In this document: positions 26,060 to 32,325 of the stretch, piece after piece
How the letters are laid out: every line of letters starts with the position of its first letter
Numbering within the stretch: the first letter of the stretch is position 1
NCBI GenBank assembly: GCA_030536665.1
Contig: JAUNPO010000003.1
Span: forward strand, 1-32,325
Direction of reading: 5' to 3'
DNA from: Pseudomonadota bacterium
GTDB lineage: Bacteria; Pseudomonadota; Alphaproteobacteria; RF32; CAG-239
DNA length: 32,325 nucleotides
Made by a program: the position numbers and the translations under genes
Notes under the pieces: model-generated
What the model saw: only the letters and a program-made list of their open reading frames with translations
Database searches by the model: none
Told to the model about the DNA's origin: nothing

Positions 26060-27077
26060 GTGTTTTCCTCGAGTCAAAAGCATCACGAACTCCTTCCCCG
26101 ATAAAAATAAGCAAGGTCAGAAGCGTTGACAGAACAACGAATATGCTCAGACCAATCCACGGCGCCTGAAGATTATCTTTGCCCTGGCGCACCAAATCGC
26201 CGAGCGAGGGATAGTCGCCGGACAGGCCAAGTCCGAGAAAATCCAAGGCAGTCAGTGCAACAATGGCCTCAGAGAGGAGAAACGGGACAAAGGTTATGGT
26301 GGCAATGACGGCATTGGGAAGAATATGGCGGCGGATGATGCGGCCATTACCTACGCCGAGAGCCTTGGCAGCTTTGACAAACTCAAAATTGCGCACGCGC
26401 AGAAATTCGGCACGGACAACAGATGTCAGGCTGGTCCAAGAGAAGAAAAGCAGGATAATCAGCAAAGTCCAGAAACCCGGCGTGAAAATGCTGGCGGCAA
26501 TAATCAGAATGAACAACTGCGGCAGCGCTTCCCAGATTTCAATAATTCTTTGCATAATGATGTCGGTTTTTCCGCCGAAATATCCCTGAACGGCGCCGGC
26601 AAAAATGCCTATCAGCGATGAAAACAGCGTCAGAACAAAGGCAAAAACCACGGACAGACGAATGCCATATAAAATCCGGGCAACAATGTCCCTGCCCTCG
26701 TCATCTGTTCCCAGCCAGTGAGCGGCCGAGGGCGGCGTTGGGGTCGGCTTGTCAAGATTGTAGTCTACCGTATTGAAAGAAAACGGAATTATCGGCATTA
26801 TCATCCAGCCGTTTTGATTGATTTGGCTGACGATAAACGGATCCTTGTAGTCTGCTTCGGTCGGAAAGTCGCCGCCGAAGAAGGTATCATTATAGGTTAT
26901 AGCCAGCGGAAAAAGATATTGTCCTTTATATTTGACAATCAAAGGCTTATCATTGGCAATTAATTCTGAAAAACAGGTGATGAGCATTATCAGCAAGAAC
27001 AGAAACAACGCCAGGCAAGCTCTTTTGTTGTGGCGAAAAGAGCTGAGCCGGCGCTGAGTCAGAGGCGATAATGTCAT
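26052..27077 (-). CDS. yejE: Peptide ABC transporter permease (YejE-like)
   Basis: ELIANDKPL, FGGDFPTEADY.DP, HWLGTDDEGRD, VRAEFLR.RNFEFVKAAKALG. Confidence 0.9.
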   Translation of the reverse strand: MTLSPLTQRRLSSFRHNKRACLALFLFLLIMLITCFSELIANDKPLIVKYKGQYLFPLAITYNDTFFGGDFPTEADYKDPFIVSQINQNGWMIMPIIPFSFNTVDYNLDKPTPTPPSAAHWLGTDDEGRDIVARILYGIRLSVVFAFVLTLFSSLIGIFAGAVQGYFGGKTDIIMQRIIEIWEALPQLFILIIAASIFTPGFWTLLIILLFFSWTSLTSVVRAEFLRVRNFEFVKAAKALGVGNGRIIRRHILPNAVIATITFVPFLLSEAIVALTALDFLGLGLSGDYPSLGDLVRQGKDNLQAPWIGLSIFVVLSTLLTLLIFIGEGVRDAFDSRKTHG

Positions 27078-29425
27078 TGTTTGTCCGCAGCCGGTGCCGT
27101 TGTTGCCGCTGCATTATCCGGCCGGCGGGAGGTTTCGCTGCTTTGCGGCAGAAGATTTTCAGGCGCATCAGCGGCGTTTGACGGCAGAGGCGCCTCGTTT
27201 TTTACCGCTTCAATATTTTCAAGCGGTTGTGGCTGAGGCTCACTTTCCTGTTTGTCCGCCGGTTGCGTTTGGGCTGTACTTGCTTCAGGTTGTACGGCTG
27301 TTTCCGGCTGACTTTCCGGTATGTTTATGGCCGGTGTTTCTTCTGTCAGCGGATTTTTGAGCATTTCGGCCTTAAGGCTGGCCGTCGGCGCTTCAGGTTC
27401 AACCGGGATTTCCTTTTCAATGATTTTGTTTTCTTTGACAATGGTATTTTCGGTTATGGGCGCCGGTTCGTTTACAGCTGCTGCCGGCTGCGGGGCTGGT
27501 TTGTCCGGTGCCTGTTGTTCCGGTTTTACAGCTGTTTCGCTCGGAAGTTCTTTAACTTCAATGCCGTTGGCTTTCTGCCAATACGGATACCAAAGGATAA
27601 AGAAGTTGTCGGCTTTGCTGATTTCTTCCGGCGTGATGCTGCGGGTGGAAAGCGCTTTTTTCAGCTGTGTCCGGTCTTCTTCGTTCAAATTCAGCCCTTT
27701 AAACTCCGTACATTGGGTTTTTTTGAACAAATAGGCGGCGGTTATATCCGAGGCTTTGCAGATTTCCGTCTTTATTTGGTTTTCTTTATGCAAAGGGTCG
27801 CGGATTGCCATGGTGACGGCATGATTAGCGCCAAAATTCAGCTCTGTGCGGTCTGTTTCCTTATATTCTTTGTCCTGAGCGCTGCTGACACCTTCAATAA
27901 CGACAACGGCATTTTTATCAGCGCCTTTGGCGGCCAGGGTGTCCATAAAGTTTTGGAGTTTGCCAAGGAGGCAGGCATATTGTTCGGCGTAAGCGTTGCG
28001 GCGAGCTTGAATTCCGGAACTGTCGGCGCTGCCGCGGTCATGCATGGGCAGCCATTGCTCTGTCGGTTTAACCATGCAGAATTCGTTATAAATGAACATA
28101 TCTGCAGGCATGTCTACATAGACAAGATAGGCGCCGCTGCCCTTGTCGTTGGCAATATCAATGGCGGCTAAATCCAGAGCCTGCAGAGAGTTGACAACAT
28201 AAAGCTTGTCGTAACGGTTTTTGAATGAATCCGGAAGAAAAGCGGCGGCAACAGAATCCGGCGCAAACAATCCGGAGCTTTCCAGCCATTGGCCGTAGAG
28301 CAGTTTGACTTTTTCGGAAGTGGTGGCTGCGAGGACGCTGACGTCTGCCGGCATGTTGGCCTTGTTCAGGCAGCGGTCAAGCGACTGCTGGCCATAGAGG
28401 TGGCACATATCCAACCCGCGGGACTGGTACGCCGACACTTTGTATTGGGATTTTTTGAAAATTTCGGTCAGACGGCTGCCGAGCAGATAGTCGGTTTTGT
28501 CGTTTACGGGACGGAACTGCCAGTCGCAGCATTGATGCGAGGCGGGCGTGGTGAAGTTTTTGTTTCCGCTGACCAGAGGGTTGAGAATTTCGGCCTGATT
28601 TTTCGGCGCGTCCTTGTGTTCGACATAAGCGTTGGCATAAATGTCGAAATTGTTGCGATTGTAGAAGCCAAGCATGATTTTTTGCAGGTTTTCCAGTTTG
28701 GAATTGTCTTTGGCATTGGCGTCTTTCATCTCGTTAAGATAACCGTAAGGCGCGGCGTTGGCCAGATAAATATTGATGAACTTTTTGCCGTTTTCAACAC
28801 CGGCGGAGGATGTGTCATATTCATAGATGAAATTATTATTGTTATTTCTATCCATGTAGGCGCTGAACAAAATCCAGACATTTATGACAGCCAGCGTGCC
28901 AATCAGGTACATTTGATTGGAGCGGGAGGACATCCAGAGGTAAACCAGCGTCAACGCAGCGACAAGACCGCTCATGACGAGCCAGGCTCTGCCGTCGACA
29001 AAGGCGGCAGCCCCCTCACCCAAATACAACAGCATGCCGCGGGTCATAAAAGCGTCTTTGTCAAAAAGGGCGAACTGGTTAATCATCATTGCCGTAAACA
29101 GCCCGGCGACAAGCGCCAGCATAATGTTTTGCAGCCATTCGGAAAAAGACAACAGCAGCATGACCAGCATGGAAATGCAGAAAATACTTAAAAGGATATT
29201 GACGATTTCAGGTTTGGGCAGAAGGACTTCGCCAAACAAGGCATAGCCGCCGGCTTTGGCAAACAGGCAGAAGTTGATGCTCAGCAGCAGCGCCATAATC
29301 AGCCCTTTGACGATGATGCCGTAGAGATGCCAGCCCCAGCCGAGCATTTTGAGTTTAACGCCGCCGTTTTTCGTCACAACGACTGAAACCGGCTGGTTAT
29401 CCAGAATTACATCTTCCATGGTCAA
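27074..29425 (-). CDS. Membrane protein: ~5 TM helices, degenerate sulfatase/alkaline-phosphatase-like domain, P/E/Q-rich tail
   Basis: N-terminal hydrophobic helices; YAEQYACLLGKLQNFMDTLAAKGADKNAVVVIEG resembles the superfamily's C-terminal motif; low-complexity C-terminus. The fold call is inference. Confidence 0.7.
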   Translation of the reverse strand: MTMEDVILDNQPVSVVVTKNGGVKLKMLGWGWHLYGIIVKGLIMALLLSINFCLFAKAGGYALFGEVLLPKPEIVNILLSIFCISMLVMLLLSFSEWLQNIMLALVAGLFTAMMINQFALFDKDAFMTRGMLLYLGEGAAAFVDGRAWLVMSGLVAALTLVYLWMSSRSNQMYLIGTLAVINVWILFSAYMDRNNNNNFIYEYDTSSAGVENGKKFINIYLANAAPYGYLNEMKDANAKDNSKLENLQKIMLGFYNRNNFDIYANAYVEHKDAPKNQAEILNPLVSGNKNFTTPASHQCCDWQFRPVNDKTDYLLGSRLTEIFKKSQYKVSAYQSRGLDMCHLYGQQSLDRCLNKANMPADVSVLAATTSEKVKLLYGQWLESSGLFAPDSVAAAFLPDSFKNRYDKLYVVNSLQALDLAAIDIANDKGSGAYLVYVDMPADMFIYNEFCMVKPTEQWLPMHDRGSADSSGIQARRNAYAEQYACLLGKLQNFMDTLAAKGADKNAVVVIEGVSSAQDKEYKETDRTELNFGANHAVTMAIRDPLHKENQIKTEICKASDITAAYLFKKTQCTEFKGLNLNEEDRTQLKKALSTRSITPEEISKADNFFILWYPYWQKANGIEVKELPSETAVKPEQQAPDKPAPQPAAAVNEPAPITENTIVKENKIIEKEIPVEPEAPTASLKAEMLKNPLTEETPAINIPESQPETAVQPEASTAQTQPADKQESEPQPQPLENIEAVKNEAPLPSNAADAPENLLPQSSETSRRPDNAAATTAPAADKQ

Positions 29426-29442
29426 GTATCCTTTTCGGGCGG

Positions 29443-29790
29443 TTAATCTTTAATAATCGACTTTACAAAGTTCAGGAGGTAAACAATTACCAAAAATGCA
29501 AAGGCGGTGATTGCCAGCGGCTCAAAGCTGTAGACTCTTCGTCCGGCCATATAAAGGTAGGCAAAAGCATCGCCGAAAGCGCAAACGAGCATCAGCAGCC
29601 AATAGTAGCCGCTTTGCAAAAAGATGAAAGCGCAGATGACGGCGGGAACGAGAATCAGCGGTTTTGACACGTTGGTCAGCGTGTTATAATAGAGGCTTTT
29701 AATGAAAGCGATGTCATAAGCAAAGCCGATTGCCAACAGGATAATGGCAAAAATCAAGATAAAAAGGTAGGTTTTCTTTTTGGAACTCAT
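29443..29790 (-). CDS. Small integral membrane protein
   Basis: 3-4 hydrophobic helices; GGAG RBS; first gene of the leftward operon. Confidence 0.75.
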   Translation of the reverse strand: MSSKKKTYLFILIFAIILLAIGFAYDIAFIKSLYYNTLTNVSKPLILVPAVICAFIFLQSGYYWLLMLVCAFGDAFAYLYMAGRRVYSFEPLAITAFAFLVIVYLLNFVKSIIKD

Positions 29791-29968
29791 TATAACTTCT
29801 CCGAATATTCTGTTTTCATGTCAAAAAAATATCATGGGCGGAGATTATTGCAATATTTATTCCCCGGTTATGCAACGCTGATTAGTCATCAACAGGGGCG
29901 TTAAAAATGGTGCAAGCTGTTTTTTTTGGTGGTAGAGTAAGAGAAAAAATTATGTGAGGAGAAAATGA

Positions 29969-30613
29969 ATGAGCTTTGTTTGTCCGGGACGCGACTGTGC
30001 TTTGTGTCCGCGTCTGGTAGAATTCAGAATGCAGAACCGCGCAAAATTTCCGACTTATTACAACGGCCCCGTTCCGCCTTTCGGGCCGATTGATGCCGAG
30101 GTGCTGATTGCCGGCCTGGCGCCGGGGCTGAACGGCGCAAACCAGACGGCGCGCCCGTTTACCAACGATTATGCCGGAGATGTGCTCTACCCTATTCTCA
30201 AAAAATTCGGGCTGGCAAAAGGCGATTATCAAAAACGCAAAGACGACGGTTTTGAACTGCTGAATGTCCGTGTAACCAATTCAGTACGCTGTGTGCCGCC
30301 GGAGAACAAGCCGACAGGAGAAGAAGTCCGCACCTGTGGGCAGTTTTTGACGGAAGAAGTCGCCGACATGAAGCGTCTGAAGCTGATTCTGGCGCTCGGC
30401 AGCATTGCGCACGGGGCAATCCTTTCGGTTCTGGGGTATAAGAAAGCGGCGTTTAAGTTCAAGCACGGCGCGGTTCATCATCTTGACCGGCATAATCTGC
30501 TGCTGGTCGATTCATATCATACGTCGCGTTATAATATTAACACCGGCGTTTTGACTTATGAGATGTTTGAAGAAATTATTGCCAAGGTCAAAGAACTGTT
30601 GGCGCAAAAATAA
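29969..30613 (+). CDS. Uracil-DNA glycosylase, family 5 (UdgB-like, Fe-S)
   Basis: CALCPRL, GLAPG..GANQTARPFTND, RCVPPENKP, YHTSRYN. Confidence 0.9.
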   Translation: MSFVCPGRDCALCPRLVEFRMQNRAKFPTYYNGPVPPFGPIDAEVLIAGLAPGLNGANQTARPFTNDYAGDVLYPILKKFGLAKGDYQKRKDDGFELLNVRVTNSVRCVPPENKPTGEEVRTCGQFLTEEVADMKRLKLILALGSIAHGAILSVLGYKKAAFKFKHGAVHHLDRHNLLLVDSYHTSRYNINTGVLTYEMFEEIIAKVKELLAQK

Positions 30614-30694
30614 AGTTGACATTTTGTCTAAGCTGTGTTTATTTGGCTATGTGTTAATTATCATTTTATTTTATAATTTTAAATACATATTATT

Positions 30695-31510
30695 ATGGTT
30701 CAATTAAAAACTGAAAGGAAAGCTGCGAAAAACGCGTTGTTCTTTGTTCCGTTGTTTGATATTCACGAAGCTGACGGTATAAATACCGCACCGTTGGAGC
30801 GTTCTTTTATCAAAGCTTTGAAACGGATGTACGATTATGGCGGCTTTTATCTGCAAATCAATCGTGCGTTTGCTTATTGTCCTACTTCCAGAAAGCTTGT
30901 TTCTCGTGACAAAAAGGAAACTATCGCTTTCGGTGTCAGAAAAACGCTTGAAGAGGCTCGCAAAATTTTGGGCGGCAAGAGAGCTTATGAGCTGGAACGT
31001 CTGGAAGAAAGCGGCGTCAGCGAAGTCGTATATAATGAACGGTTACAGGACGTTATCGCTTTTGACGAGGAAACAACCTGTGTTTTCAGCGATGCAATTA
31101 TTCCGCTTTTGTTGAAATGCAGAGAAAAGAGTTTAGGAAACGGTTCTTATATTGTCGGTAGCGATTTGACGGCGGAGATTATCGGCATTCCCAATCCGGA
31201 AGAAGGTTTCTCAACCGTTTCGGAGGCGGTGAAATATCTTACCTATAAGCCGCAGGCCCTTGGTTTCAAGCTTATTCGACGGGATTATTTCAGCAACGGC
31301 CGGTACTGCAAAACAGATGTTCTGACGGTTTATTATCAGGGGCTGGTTGTTACCAGGGAATGGGTACAATGCTGTATGAAAGACGCCAGAAGCCGAAGTC
31401 TGTTGCAGACAACAAATTCCGAACATTTTGTCATCGGGGACGGTCTTATCCTTGCAAACCCTCAATTTACGGTCATGCGGGAAAATTCGCCCAAGCTGTG
31501 GCTAAAGTAA
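30695..31510 (+). CDS. Hypothetical protein
   Basis: 271-aa ORF with its own TTGACA promoter and terminator; no recognised motif. Confidence 0.75.
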   Translation: MVQLKTERKAAKNALFFVPLFDIHEADGINTAPLERSFIKALKRMYDYGGFYLQINRAFAYCPTSRKLVSRDKKETIAFGVRKTLEEARKILGGKRAYELERLEESGVSEVVYNERLQDVIAFDEETTCVFSDAIIPLLLKCREKSLGNGSYIVGSDLTAEIIGIPNPEEGFSTVSEAVKYLTYKPQALGFKLIRRDYFSNGRYCKTDVLTVYYQGLVVTREWVQCCMKDARSRSLLQTTNSEHFVIGDGLILANPQFTVMRENSPKLWLK

Positions 31511-31524
31511 TTTTTCAGTAAAAG

Positions 31525-31561
31525 AAAATCCACCATCATTAATTTGACGGTGGATTTTTTT
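31525..31561. terminator. Bidirectional terminator
   Basis: AAAATCCACC.TCA...TGA.GGTGGATTTT between convergent genes. Confidence 0.75.
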
Positions 31562-31567
31562 CATCTT

Positions 31568-32325
31568 TTACTTACATTGTCCGAACCAGGTTTGTTGTCC
31601 GTTTTTCGAACCATAACATTTCTGTTCAAAGCTTTGGCCTTTGGCGGCGCAGGTTTCCGCGGTGTCTTCAAAGGTACATTCTGCGACGCAGCTATTGAAG
31701 TAAAGTTTTCCGCCACAGGAACATCCGTCGCCGCTGCCCCAGGTACCGGATGGACAAGGTTCCAATCCTGCGCAAGGCGGCATGTTGCCGAGTTGGTCGG
31801 GGGTTGTTTTATTACATCCATATGTTGTATAGACTTTTCTGCCATCAAGACGCGTACAAACTTCTTCTACAGGATAGTTTCCGTCGCGAGTGAATTCTCT
31901 GCTGTCTTCAACAATGTGAGCATAGATCGTGGGAAGAGTGCCGTCCCATTTATGTCTGCATGGTTCTTTACATTTTTTGAACCATTTTCTTCCGCCGCAT
32001 TCGCAAGCAACTTCACCGTCAGCACCTTCGTCGTTTTCACAGGTTGTTACATCTCCGCCGCAGGGTGTGGGATTACCAAAACAGTCAATTTTATTTGTGC
32101 ATGGAGAATAATATCCTAACTTTCGCCCATCGGATGTTGTGCATTTTTCTTTATTGAGAGAATAGTAGGTATCTTGCTCTTTTCCCATTTCTTTATAGTA
32201 GCACCATGCAGTGATCCACTCTCCATTGTCCCCGGTTCCTCCGCCCATTTCTCCTCTATCAAGCAGTGAAGCGCATTCATCACATTTGTCAAAGAATTTT
32301 GCGCTGCCGCAGATACAAGGTTCGC
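31568..32325 (-). CDS. Cysteine-rich repeat protein, 5' end outside the window
   Basis: Frame stays open from 32248 to the window edge (EPCICGSAKFFDKCDECASLLDRGEMGG...); repeated CxCGGxx(W/Y/F)FxxC units. Confidence 0.8.
   Translation of the reverse strand, partial: EPCICGSAKFFDKCDECASLLDRGEMGGGTGDNGEWITAWCYYKEMGKEQDTYYSLNKEKCTTSDGRKLGYYSPCTNKIDCFGNPTPCGGDVTTCENDEGADGEVACECGGRKWFKKCKEPCRHKWDGTLPTIYAHIVEDSREFTRDGNYPVEEVCTRLDGRKVYTTYGCNKTTPDQLGNMPPCAGLEPCPSGTWGSGDGCSCGGKLYFNSCVAECTFEDTAETCAAKGQSFEQKCYGSKNGQQTWFGQCK

Noticed and set aside
27227-29191. 314-aa and 300-aa plus-strand ORFs
   Set aside because: Antisense shadows of the 783-aa membrane protein gene
31544-32119. 191-aa plus-strand ORF
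   Set aside because: Starts inside a terminator hairpin and is antisense to the Cys-repeat gene

Overview
Chromosomal window from an alphaproteobacterium. This is inferred from the RecA, FabI, GatCAB, RpsD and YejEF sequence types and a GAAC-N7-GTAC SOS box; the style suggests a gut RF32/Rhodospirillales-like lineage. The backbone carries cspA, mpg, tRNA-Ser(UGA), recA, yihY, fabI, sppA, gatC-gatA-gatB-PfkB kinase-NUDIX-ZIP transporter, tRNA-Ser(GCU), DUF4236, an HD hydrolase, a second NUDIX, a TPR-methyltransferase, rpsD, yejE/yejF and a family-5 UDG. Single-gene accessory units are interspersed: lipoproteins, a class II Fic protein, a small HTH protein, orphans and a Cys-repeat protein. The most notable signal is non-coding. 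Two complete and one edge-truncated copy of a ~200-nt promoter-driven structured leader (14707-14920, 23694-23935, 1-104 minus strand) differ in sequence but share a fold resembling the phage P1/P7 C4 and P4 CI antisense RNA modules. In the complete copies the target and antisense segments covary, and each precedes a lipoprotein gene with no phage genes nearby. Also present: two RPE-like palindromes splitting gatC-gatA, a tRNA-derived split repeat, and a 62-bp direct repeat flanking the Fic gene. All calls were made by eye; no searches or folding programs were run.
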